DNA from: Phycisphaeraceae bacterium | GTDB lineage: Bacteria > Planctomycetota > Phycisphaerae > Phycisphaerales > Phycisphaeraceae | Direction: 5' to 3' | Length of the DNA: 64,000 nt | Assembly: GCA_963674705.1 (NCBI GenBank) | Contig: OY771506.1 | Coordinates: 2,048,001-2,112,000 of the forward strand | Part shown: positions 12,101 to 20,700 of the stretch, piece after piece | Position numbering within the stretch: the stretch's first letter is position 1 | Layout of the letters: each line of letters starts with the position of its first letter | Notes under the pieces: model-generated | Told to the model about the DNA's origin: nothing | Seen by the model: only the letters and a program-made list of their open reading frames with translations | Databases searched by the model: none | Position numbers and translations under genes: made by a program

Positions 12101-14713
12101 AAGTAGGTCGCTATCATTGCCGCTTCCGTCGGGGTCACCGAACACAACTGCGACATGTACCCAATTAGTTGATGTATAGGCTGCCGAAACAGTTGTGCGC
12201 TTTGTCCAGATACCGCTGATGTCTAGAATCTGAGTTGCGACGACGGCTTCAATATTGCCATTGTTAATTCGGATTGCTAGGCCAGCATCCGTCCCACCTT
12301 CGTCATAGAGTACCTGGTTGCCGTAAGTGGAATCGGCCTTGACCCACATCATGACGGTTCGGGTATTAAATCCATCGTTGATGAAGTTTGAATTATCAAG
12401 CTTGACATGATCTCCGGAGTTATTAAGTCGTAGTGCCCCCCCGACGACACCTTCGTCGGGGGCCCATTCGGGGCTGTTGGGTACATCTTCGGTGTTGTCG
12501 ATTACACCGTTCCACCGGCCATTGGTTGGGTCTTTGATTCCGGAGCCATTCACGTAGTCTCCGAACTCTTCATCCATGCGCCAACGGCCTTCAAGGCCCA
12601 GATCATATTCAGCTTGGAGATAGGTGCCGGAACTTTTTCGTAGATTCAGATCGGATATAGCCCGCATCTCGTCGCCGAGAACGAGTGGGTCTGATGCTTC
12701 GGTGACATCGTTGATGTACAGGTCGGGGTCGCTGTCGGATACCGAGCTGCGATCGACCAGGCTGCTCAAGAATGTTGTGGGGGTATGTCCATTGGGGACA
12801 TTCTCGACAGTGACTTCACGCGGGACATCTTTGATCGAGGTGTTCGTCGGATGGCAGCTGGCAAGATAATCTGATATTTTCGCTTCCAGAAATTCGATTG
12901 CGCTTAGCTGAGTGTGTGCATCGAAAGGATCGGCATCCGAATCATCGTATACGGGCTGCAAGTAGTTGCGTGTGTCATCAAGGTCTTCATTCAATCCGAG
13001 GCGATTGATGTCGGCCTCGGTCAAAGCACTGTCGTAGACGCGGACGTCGTCAATATAGCCTATGAAGTTGGAAGCGGCTCCAGAAGAGGCAGATTGTGCT
13101 GCACTATTACCGCTCACATCGCCTGACACCCTCACAAATGAGCTTGCCCCACCGATGACGGTTCTCGGGGAGAGATATTGATTTTCTATGTTGCCATTTG
13201 TCATGTTGCGGTCGGGGTGGATGACCGAACACGCTTTTGAACCCAAGAGGGTTCCGTCCAGGTAAGCCCGCATGTTTGTGTTCGAAGATACATAAGGTGA
13301 CTCTGCATCGATCACCAGAACAACGTGGTGCCACAATCCGTCACAATTTTCTAAGCCAGCATAATTTTCCTTTACGATCCATTTCCCATACTGCGCCACC
13401 GTACTCCCATCAGCCGATCCATCCTGATCGAGATCGGTGTTATATGTGCCGATGTATAGATCACTATTCTTGAGATAGATTGATATACCCGAGGTGACAA
13501 TGCCTTGGGTGAACAGCATTTCTTCCTTGCCAGTATTGTCGTAGGCTTCGTCCTTGAACCATAACGATATGGTTCGTTTAGTAAATGAAGAATCGTTAAG
13601 CCGAGAGTGATTGCGGATAAGGAACCTTGTACTGCTTACGGATGGAAGATGTAATACGTTAAGTCCATTTGGATTATTTGTTGGGTCTGAAGGAGCGGCC
13701 GGCCTGGTAGTATCTTCGGCATATCCGGCGTTAACCGCGGTCCCGTTGTTGATACCTTGCGTGTCATTACTGTTGTTGTTGAAGTCCCATCGTGCGATAA
13801 GGTTATTGTTAGTGATCTTCAACTCGCTTGGGATGAGTACGTCATCGCCTTCGCCGAGCGGCGCGATGTCGATCCCACCGGTGATGTGAAGGTCCTTGTG
13901 CCAGGGGGCGAGTGTGATCCATGCCCGGTTAGGTGAATCGAGTTCGGTGTCGCTCTGCTGTGGGTACGGCGAGGCCGGCAGCCAAGCCTGGACTAATACC
14001 AGTTCTTTTTTGGTGTCGGCAATACCCTCGACACTCTCGTAGGTCCGGCCCACGGCGTAACGAGCGGGTATACCGGACATCCGGTAAAGCGTGATAAGCA
14101 GACTGCATTGGTCCCACTCGTTGCCTCGACGTGTCCGGTAGGTTGCAAGCGATCCCTTCCTGGACAAGGCGTAGTCTTCGAATTCGACGTTGGTGTAGAC
14201 CCACTCGTAGATCTTGGATGGGTCATAGTCCAGAGTTTTCGCGAGTTCAGCGAGCTCTTCATGGAATTGTGTTTCCAGTGTAGGCGATAAGCCTTCGAGG
14301 GGTAGGTAGCTGGGCAGGGAGGTCTCGCCAGTGACATCAGTCAGGCGTTCGATAAGGTCCACCGTAGAGCTGTCGCCGTAGCCGTTCTGAGTGGTCCAGT
14401 CGGTGGCTAACGCGAGGGCAAGATTGAAATCCTGCATGCGCGTTTGGCCGTCATCGGAGGAATCACGATCAGCACCCGTAAGAAACTCTTGCAGGTCGGT
14501 GACACCATCTCCGTCTTCATCGGCTCCGGGATTGGCAAGCATTTCTGTGAAGGTATCGTACAGGCCCGACTGATAAGTATTAATGTCTGTGCTGTACCCC
14601 AATGCAGGCCCGTCCAAATCAGTGCTGGGCAATACCGGGGCGATGAACTGGCCAAGCGCATTGGTTGCCAGGAAAATTGTTACTAAGGCGGCGATAAATG
14701 GGGTTTTAGTCAT
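3116..14713 (-). CDS. Giant RHS/YD-repeat polymorphic toxin: Sec signal, transglutaminase-like domain, two LamG domains, DUF6531, RHS core, C-terminal PD-(D/E)XK nuclease
   Basis: Signal peptide MTKTPFIAALVTIFLATNALG. Transglutaminase-like WVYTNVEF...GNEWDQCSLLITLYRMSGIPARYAVG. LamG motifs WHHVV...GYIDDVRVY and WVHVAVV...GLIDDVRVY. DPVDLFNGEF...FGFGW (DUF6531-like), many YD repeats, RHS end motif NNPLMYVDPSG (DPSG at 4352-4363), and a tip with RRYD...IEVKSG. Confidence 0.92.
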   Translation of the reverse strand: MTKTPFIAALVTIFLATNALGQFIAPVLPSTDLDGPALGYSTDINTYQSGLYDTFTEMLANPGADEDGDGVTDLQEFLTGADRDSSDDGQTRMQDFNLALALATDWTTQNGYGDSSTVDLIERLTDVTGETSLPSYLPLEGLSPTLETQFHEELAELAKTLDYDPSKIYEWVYTNVEFEDYALSRKGSLATYRTRRGNEWDQCSLLITLYRMSGIPARYAVGRTYESVEGIADTKKELVLVQAWLPASPYPQQSDTELDSPNRAWITLAPWHKDLHITGGIDIAPLGEGDDVLIPSELKITNNNLIARWDFNNNSNDTQGINNGTAVNAGYAEDTTRPAAPSDPTNNPNGLNVLHLPSVSSTRFLIRNHSRLNDSSFTKRTISLWFKDEAYDNTGKEEMLFTQGIVTSGISIYLKNSDLYIGTYNTDLDQDGSADGSTVAQYGKWIVKENYAGLENCDGLWHHVVLVIDAESPYVSSNTNMRAYLDGTLLGSKACSVIHPDRNMTNGNIENQYLSPRTVIGGASSFVRVSGDVSGNSAAQSASSGAASNFIGYIDDVRVYDSALTEADINRLGLNEDLDDTRNYLQPVYDDSDADPFDAHTQLSAIEFLEAKISDYLASCHPTNTSIKDVPREVTVENVPNGHTPTTFLSSLVDRSSVSDSDPDLYINDVTEASDPLVLGDEMRAISDLNLRKSSGTYLQAEYDLGLEGRWRMDEEFGDYVNGSGIKDPTNGRWNGVIDNTEDVPNSPEWAPDEGVVGGALRLNNSGDHVKLDNSNFINDGFNTRTVMMWVKADSTYGNQVLYDEGGTDAGLAIRINNGNIEAVVATQILDISGIWTKRTTVSAAYTSTNWVHVAVVFGDPDGSGNDSDLLRIRLDGDSVASVHHTHNTLPIDVIGVDGTTDTMSGLGGRLNGTAFATTTGSGNWFSGLIDDVRVYNKALNGVQVKDAKDTTLAEANLIKTRVMLPQVAGRRLVVDFNTGTYTDLESTEHNTASPRLKLDGQILNSGTGAFLEAAEKTYDETVTFSDSFTVGYRFGTVPYTERPSIRPNALVNIALDPLAASRERIYEVAEELDELATRLSFNNSPDTYELYLGRVSDLLTEAYNERFERNARRLDSLLWTNRVHHSPYQLTVNNTFPDAGFNEHRMAVLIWTYPDEEDSVPTGQYNSASFGHVSPAWRIDALFASSYVYKSNAASPEIFKGSDELALFQSTVVGTAASYNESAIFEDWQGTPALGTIEGLFAAISDGIDIVTIGSGTSLADIQSIIPGETDSALAIEAKIYNDVTATATSVDKLSHSNVIAARDTATGVGYIMYSAESVHERFNSSPPNANNNDHFIAVVFDSGQWKYDNDTALVAFDPITSDVLVAKVDFSLDRIQELKDYYDTIDGIQAGYADGNLLLDASTSGDFVITTGVDTISLTFHGYDGVNTTTPTDLVVYKDPEGNPYVESDLRITQSEQGSTNWLFGQFNGGRSWYDYDTVTRLNTSSSTTLNTNLGTPDLSSDFQKKNYTASTVTEDNASGTTTTHIQNISSETSNTTNRDVIIVSGGDPVDLFNGEFYLEEPADLMIRSRGMPLEVTRRYGSTILYNGPFGFGWGWSHADTLTFLTDSENNQLTHVIYSDASRKVYRFEDQGSGVYEAPPGSTFELKPDTTYTNGYAIHHNDGRVYRFNADGQLKEKSDALDHTLTFTYDTDLNITRITDPLGRSLTLTYNDDDHVIRVTDYNGRSTQYGYDGDDLIWFKDLEGNVYRYEYLKNQDNVLNNHNMSKQILPTGDYLEIYYFKDDTVSHHINSNNDAFYFQYSWLNRYAETWNEAGFYRKIFWNKNGDMIRANTRDGAIEYREYDEQHNLIAQTDGNGNRTVFQYDDKRNLISFTTPEGDTQATIYNDENRPEYQYTQVDEIEHDGGDDYHIDVLETYLEYNSSDPGIDILVDKRHIGIYVKELIVDADGVPVLNGNGELQFTGNFSASLDSEKHTTEYDYDKYGNLIMLTEKIRQYDGSGSDLDNAVTEYFYDIHGLNNVRTKDPLGRFTNYTYDDFGRVIATTDPDGNTTQVELNAYGQPTRLVDAAGGVTINEYDENRRLVKTKNPLEAVSSITYTTPFYGRNFERIATQTDPLGHVTSYEYDAVGDRIATTDANGNTTTFKYDELNRLIQTTNALGDKVRNRYDGAGNLTETTAIADGEERTTRFTYDKANGLIRRWETWGDQRATEFEYDERGNLTLETIGYYGENNTSESPVFVESLSTEYVYNRLNRKIKTISNSDDPNSHNIRTIEYEHDSLGRLREERIKGATVVNQTTGTPSASDYLSRTTYTYDEAGNLTDEMMFAWDPDAGPAAWETVPESHVHYDYDDRNLRIKTTLKDTKLASYATDPTSAASDFRTTEVTYDALGRIKTSSITVNHVDGVSSAVHKTVKDYDAAGNLVRTRYLIDGFENSYTRKTEFAYNKRNELIASTNALGHTRTFTYDGNGNQISATDEEGFTTYASYDALSRQVSTRDALGYTTTYEYDGFGNQIASVSPLGERTTLEYNENNQVVEQYTPLHNEGLLTVPVELQYDGYGRLTQTVDARSNEQNYTTYNDFGEPYKVTQYVKLLDDQNQSEPEIITAYDGLGRALSIKDPKGIITRMTYDVLGRTLTVTQAESTSEEVTTQYEYDPVGNVIQEVRALNTSDEFTTTYEYDELNRLIKTIVGDPSGTNLTSTTAYDDDTNTVTSEDPYGVTATTYADAAGQRIKTELGGIETASWKYDRRGLIIKSDTPNDAPTVFEYDARGQLTRLIEAPGSVIEAITRFEYDANGRQTRVTDANGNITQKDYDANGRVVRTIEALGETEESITKFRYDPNGNLLAVIDGNHISEAGEYRVAIDTDEDDEEAVRYTYDELNRVTYTYDYGPSDLSNREVQTVRYDLNGNAEITTLRDGTEITRTYDNLNRVEAVEDTTGIAVPLQEFEYDKLSRITTASDTNAGLSTPVTYNVDLDYDFAGRTFEEVSYVGTTRAHAVKTTYSAGTSPDSRIITKDLYADYTPQTPTISRTITYKENMRGLLSKVESMGVTDTRYTYNNSGRLTSQVLGSDTLGHTLQLTYDSRGRESERRYDRNANPTTNSFRQVTTYDAIGNIKTEAITDYIGGSTPITDYYDYDELHRLTRKGPSGTPNASNDTEWDHDKVGNWSNTDQNGSVENYVVSGNNEYTAIGAGAPSTNRHYDDRGNLIYIGANQSSPANDDLLYTYDWANRLVKAEQYDAAGAGTWRLQAEYAYDALNRRVAMRKGSSGSLHFYVYDGSRVVMDLYDPDGTGLPTLIIHAKSYAYNSYVDSPAFLINEEHVYDEKLYYFQDRRYSVVALASWTGDVTERSRYQPFGGMTAFINYGGSWTTRTSLSQPNISIVGNPYGFTGRRYDPETDPTGNTAVVSEGLWHYRNRMYSSTLGRFLQRDPAGYVDGYNLYAYVMNNPLMYVDPSGFGGKLIGAGLANAILNDPARESPEYWKKQDEYARPSEALFKNFGHDWDSKDYKDYTVTRETVLRGVVAGFLMQTSPSLAQEPYAHEFGYQTLDIYTSKSYMSNVYVASPRIADSIVLVGELPSNLYDIHNEFFQDPLSSIPVLSDTYFDLGISYYAGAGNAIENTGRGAWNLLATIANNSSSQAQMNAMMGYGLPTVENRYWAGDYGITDKYFSASLQVDAFQLATETMGGEAIGAWVFRGSGLVDDGLRLTDDMMTVDNVVTRIDGQWTKVDNALDTSGSIGVRPAKTTRVYPDGSIRTPDGKFASVRGAAPPGTPGEKLVVQGLRDQGVNVVGEQVTVRGLVSTRRYDAVVLDSKGRLWGIEVKSGTASKTPLQRLNDIHVQHTRDAVILGDGPLAGQKIFGVQTIYVK

Positions 14714-14786
14714 TGTTCACACATCCTGCGGATGGGGCGTTGTTGTATCGAGATTCGCAGTGATCAAATCGTTGTGTTTAGGTGTA

Positions 14787-17700
14787 TCAAGGCCTTACGA
14801 CAGGCGTTGTGATCCACTCGATGGCGGCGTCAAGCAGCGCCTTGCCTTCATCGGTAAGGGCATCGGCGTTGCTGTTAACGAAGCAACCCAGGCGTCTGGC
14901 GGGTGCGGTAAGACCACCGACCATGGGGTCTCCAGTTTCATATATGAAGATCGTGGCAACGGTGTTGTCGCTCTCGAGCGTTGCGATATAGCTGCGGTTG
15001 TTGACCGGCTTTGCCCAGGTTATGGAATATGTGCTATCAAAAACCTCGCCTAAATTGCTGATACCCGCGGCAAGCGGATGATCTGTTGCGAGAATACTGA
15101 TTGTGTCTTGGCTTGAGGCGATTCCGGCGTCGGCGTCGGTTCCAGTTTCGGTGGTTTCCGGGCCCGCCATAGCCATGTCATGGTAGAGATAGGCCGAGCA
15201 AACGATCACCGGGATAGGAACATCTCTGATCTGGGTACCGAGTGTGGCGTGATCGATATCACCAGTAACCAGGATCAGTTGATAGTCATATACTTGGGAG
15301 GGATTAAATGTGGAAGCGGTCTTTTCGGTCACGGTGTAACCACGTCTTTCCATTAATGCTCCAAGTGCGCTCACGTTGTTGCCATTTGCGCCATGCAAGA
15401 GCAAGGCCTGTCTGTCGGCCATGGCTTCAAGACACAGCGCGGTCAGGAAAGGATCATCTTCCCAACTGCCGTTGGGCTGTTGCTGGTCGCGTAAGTAATA
15501 TTTTGCGGCATCTCGTGCCGTATCTGTTATTGGCAGAGCAAGCATAACACCGGCGGTGTCCAGGATATTTCCGCCATATGAGCCATCGACTTCCGGTGTA
15601 ATCCAGCTATACACCGGTGAGGTGATGGGGTGGTGCTGATTGGTGGCTTTGTAAACCAAGGCCGACACGTAGATACTGTCGCTGTTCCGTGGGATCCAAC
15701 CGTATCGGTTCGTACCGACGATAGATTGAATCGTTGTATCTGCAGTCGTATCCGCCAGAAAGTCTGTGATGTCTTCCAGCCCCAGGGTATCGTAGCTTGC
15801 TGTATGTCGGGCGATTGCGCCAAGCGCGGTATGTAGCGGGTCTGGGTAATAATTGCGTTGGATTCCCCATCCCTGCAGGTCATCGCCTGACTTGTTTGCG
15901 CGGAACTCGAGCTTGGTATGGATGGCATGCGTATGCCAGCGATAACGTTGTAGCGTCTCGGCTGAACGTGCGATGGCATCGTTATTGTCTTCGAAGTGAC
16001 CGGCGATATAAGCCAAGCCTCGATTAATGATGTCTGGATGATTCTCAGTTACACCGTTTACACGCCCAAGCGCGTTGAGAGCTTGTGATGTGGCTACGAT
16101 ACGGCTGGTGTTGTCCCCATCCCAGCAACCTGATTCATCCTGGTTAGCGATCAGCCATCGGGTAGCACGTTTCACGACTATGTCATAGTCGATTGTGGGC
16201 TCATTGGCAGGGGGTAGGGCGGTGGTGACCTCGGAAAGATTTGAGATCACACTTTCGTTTCCGTCAGCTGTGGTGATGGTCACGCCGTACCAAGCTGTTG
16301 TGCCCGGGGTGGTGTCATTATCGGTGTACTCGGTGGTTTCGTGCGAAACCCCGTCTGTGCTTCCGGTAAGCCTCAGATAATGAGGCGGCGGATAATCATT
16401 TTCCAAGCTGTCTTTCAGACGCTTGATATCAACGGGATTGATGGCACGGTAGATGTGGTACCCGATGATGGGTGTTGTGTAACCGGCGCTTGGTACCCAG
16501 TTGTCCCAGGTGCAATCAATATATCTGGTGCTTTGGTTATAACTGGCTAGGAATCCAGAAATTGGATGTAGCTCATCCCCGAATTGGTAGTATACCTGCC
16601 CGACAGGACCGACATTACCGGCATTATCAGTGGCTTTAAATGCTAGCACGGTAGATTTATTGATGTCGATGGCGCCAGTGTAGTTGATCCAGGTTCCACT
16701 ACCGTCTAACTCGTACACGATATTCGTCGGCTGGACATCGTCGTTCGATGTGAGTGTGACGCTGATTGAATCCTCAGATACGCGTCCGCCTGGACGTGAG
16801 GCCGTAACAACCGGGGGCGAGGCATCAACGGTGAAGAAGATTTCGTACACGGTCGCGGGTATGCTATCAGTGGTATCATTATCGAGCGATACGGTGTAGA
16901 CATGTGTAATACCTGACAAGTATTGACTCTCATCGACTGCAGCAGGATCGTTACCGTCCATCGGGTCGATAGCTATTTCGATACCGTTCGTGCTGATGTA
17001 GGCACGATCTGTGATTTCTTTGCCGAACCGATCGGTGATGATGATCTCATGGTTACTACCGCTTGTATTCAGGCCCTGTGTGTTGATGGTCAGTCGTAAT
17101 CCGTAGTTATCATCCTGAACCGAATCATATGAAACAGGTGCTGGAACAGTTGATGCCTGCAATGGGTACATGGGGCTTACAATCTGCGGTAGTCCGTCAG
17201 CAACAGTGGGATCAGTACCGTCAAATAATTCTTGATAATCGCTGATCAGGTCGCCGTCGGTATCAAGACTAGATGAATCAGAGCCTATGGTGTCGAGATT
17301 GCCGTAGTACAAGAGCTCTTTCCAGTCCTCGATCTGAGTTTCCACTTCACCTGGAAGGGTAAATGTGTCATTGTCTGTATTCGCGGGGGTTGAGCCGAGT
17401 ACTTCGTCTGGGGTGTTGTCGACGTTGTAGATATCGATCGTAATGGGATCGGTGTCGTAGGTATTGCTGTCATCATCGGTCACCCGGATCGCCAGTGTGT
17501 GCTTACCGGGAGCGAGGTCTGTGGATAAGATCACGTAGTATGCCGGTGTATTGCTGTATTCACCGAGGTTCGTTTCGTATTCGTCTCCGTCGACCAGCAG
17601 CTTGACCGCACCGATGTTGGCTACGCCTTGCGGATCAAAGGGTAGGGCAAAGACGGTAATATCTTGTCCGTAGGCAAATGAGTCTTGGTCCCGCGGGCTG

Positions 17701-20700
17701 GTCATGACCGCCGTGGGGGTATCGATCGTGAAGAATGTGACGTAGCCCTCTTCTGTAGTCGTGACACTGGGGGCCCCGACCAGGATCGTCCCATTGTAGA
17801 TCGCAACAGACTGCCCCATCCGGTCGTCGTTATGCGAACTAGTGGTGCCTGAGAGAGTCGTTGATAGGGAGGCACCCGATGAAGCGAGGTTAAAGATATA
17901 CGCGTTTCCGGGAGTATTTAGTACGCCGGTGACTTTCGGTTCACCGATGACAAGGGTCTGGTTCTGTAAGGCTACGGCCGTGCCGTAAGCTTGGTAAGCC
18001 ACTGGTGTTGTCAAGTTAACAGCATCACGATCATCCGTGTTGGACAGGTTAAGCCACGTGTCTTCTTTACGTTCGAAAAGGTGTGCATTTCCGGCGCTGG
18101 GTATGGTACTACGAGTGCGATTCTTCTCACCGACGAGAAGGTACCTGCCTTCTAATGCAACCGATGAGCCGAAGTGAGCATTCGCGGAGGGGTAGCCCAT
18201 TACCAACCGGAGGGTCATATCCCACTGGTCGTGCTCTTCTTCAAATACAAAGACTTCGCCAGCATCGGTGACGCCACTGACTTCACGGAACGGTGAACCA
18301 ACGGCAATGGCGTTGCCCGATACGGCAACGGCGTACCCAAATTGGGCTCCGTCTTCATTCGAGGCACTCCCACCGACAGATCCACGGGGGAAGAGCCCTA
18401 AAGATGTGACCAGTTCATACTCGTCACTATCTGATATCTTGTAGACGTAGGCGCGACCTCTTTTATCTTGTACAGGATTGGTGTCGAGTCTTTCCCATCC
18501 GGGTGCGCCGACAACTAACGTGTCTTTATCAAGGTCGACTGCGAATCCATATTCATGCTCTTCATAATTGTAGTCGTCGCCGTGGTAGGGGTCTTCGAGC
18601 GGGGTGGTATCCATCGTCCAGTCACCATCCACACGCTTGAAGTGAAAAACAGCACCGGAATCTGTATCCGTCCCGTCATAATACGGAGCCCCGACAACGG
18701 CGCGGTTACCGCTGATCGCGACCGAGAAACCGAACTGATCATTATTTGTTGCATTTGTGCCAAGGTCGAAAGACCCATCGCTGATCCAGTCGGTGACGTC
18801 ACCGTCGGTGTTTTCGTCATCCACATCACGTTTGTAAAAATACACCTTACCCGCGTTGGTCGCCGTTCCAGTGATGTTATTTTTGGGAGCACCGATGATG
18901 GCGAAGTTCCCCGAGATATCTACTGCATAACCAAATTCGTCTTCCGTTGCCGTGCTAGAAATGATCTGGACGGTCGCCCCATCGATACCCGACAATGGGT
19001 TGGAATCGACATTGACAACGCTGTAACTCTCGGTGGTGATCCCACTCTTGTTTGAGGCGGATACCTTCAGCATGTACAGGCCGTCGGCGCCGGGCCGCCA
19101 GTCGGCAACATATTCATCCTCAGCGTCTTCGGGATAAGTAGCACTTAGGCGGATGGGTGTTGCATCTGGGCTGTGGTAGATCTCAAAGGTGACGGAGTCG
19201 GGATCAACGTCCCCGGTATCCGTGATCAAGGCACGTATCAGGTGCGAGGTTTCTCCTGTATGTCCCAGGTATTGCCCATCCGCAGGATTCAGCATCACAA
19301 TCGTCGGTGCGGCCGGGGCGGTGGACGGAGAAACGTTGAACATCACAGTGTCGAAGTCGGAGTTGCCACCCGAGTCGGTGGTGGTGACCCTGAGCACGTA
19401 ACTGCCTTCGGTATTGAAGGTGACGTAAGGCTCTTCGCTGGTCGCGTTATGAGATGAGTCTGTGCTAAACGTGACAGTAGAGTTATCAGGTTGAGAGACG
19501 ACGGTCCAGGTTACCGTAAGTGAGGAATCTTCGGTGTCGGAGAGTGTGGCAATGTCCAGCTCTTGATATTCGTCTCCCGCGATAGCAGTGACTTCGTCGT
19601 TGCCATCGATGACCACTACAGGCGGTGCGTTGTTCGCAGTAACATCGATCAAGACCGGGATGGGGCTGGATATCCAACCGTCTTGAGCAATGATTTTTAC
19701 CGAAAATGCGTCGATATCGGGATCTGAGACGTCAGCATCGGGATACCAAACGAGTTCGTCACCATTTTGGATGACGACAGAATCATCGAGTTCAACCTCG
19801 ATGTCATCTTTAAAAAGACGACCCGATTCCAACGAAGTGACTACCAGAATTACTGGTTCACCGGCGTATTCGGGATCACCACTGGTGTCGTTAGGGAATC
19901 CTGCGTCGTCTGTCAGATTGTCGTACGAGATCGTGAGGGGGGTGTCTTCGGTGGTCCCTGTTGACAGGGGGATCGACTCGGGTATGACATTGATTACAAC
20001 TGTATCTGAGTCAGATTTCTTATCTGGTAAATTGTTAACATACGCGCCATTGTGGCCTTCATCATTCACATATATATACAAATCGACTCGACCGATAAAA
20101 TCAGGATGTGGTGAAAAACGCAAATCATCAAGTGCATTATGTAAGACCAGAGTATATGAACTATCCATGTACTCGCCATAAAAAGTCATAGATTGTTCAT
20201 TCTGCCCCGTCCAGCTCGGATCGGTCGGGTGTCTTAGTCCGTCAACTGTACTTAGAGAAATGGAGCCAACATTATTACTGCTAATTATTGCAGTATCTGA
20301 TCCATGAACGCGCAGTTCAAGCGTTACTAGCAATTCTTCAGGCATGGAGTCAGCGTCAACAATCCAAAACCGATTAATTGCAAGTGGGCTGACGTTATCA
20401 TCTTCAAATATCAGATCGTTATCCTGGATTATTTCTTGAACATAAGGTGAATTTGACCACTCGCCGTAATTTGAAAAGCGTATCTCAGGCGCCTGATTTT
20501 CTAGGGTACCGAAACCATAAACATGTGGGCAGAAATGTAAGCTTACAAGCGTGAAAAGGATCACGTTGATTAGCGATAACCCGTATCTTGATGGTGCACA
20601 ATTAGTCTTGCGTGATGCAGGAATACAAAGAGAAGTACATGTTCTAATAATAGTATAAATATAATCAAGTACTTGCATGGTAATGCTTCGATTCAGCATC

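Noticed and set aside
3116..14713. T6SS effector or Tc toxin subunit
   Set aside because: No PAAR, VgrG or SpvB/TcdB-type domain is recognisable, it has a Sec signal peptide, and no T6SS genes lie in the window.
15415..16180. Squalene-hopene cyclase or alpha-2-macroglobulin thioester domain
   Set aside because: QW-like repeats are present but no DxDD catalytic motif or CxEQ thioester motif is seen, and the domain is embedded in a secreted adhesin-like protein.
3315..20181. Numerous 60-170 aa ORFs overlapping the two giant genes
   Set aside because: They are alternative-frame or antisense by-products of repetitive coding sequence, with no independent motifs or ribosome-binding sites.
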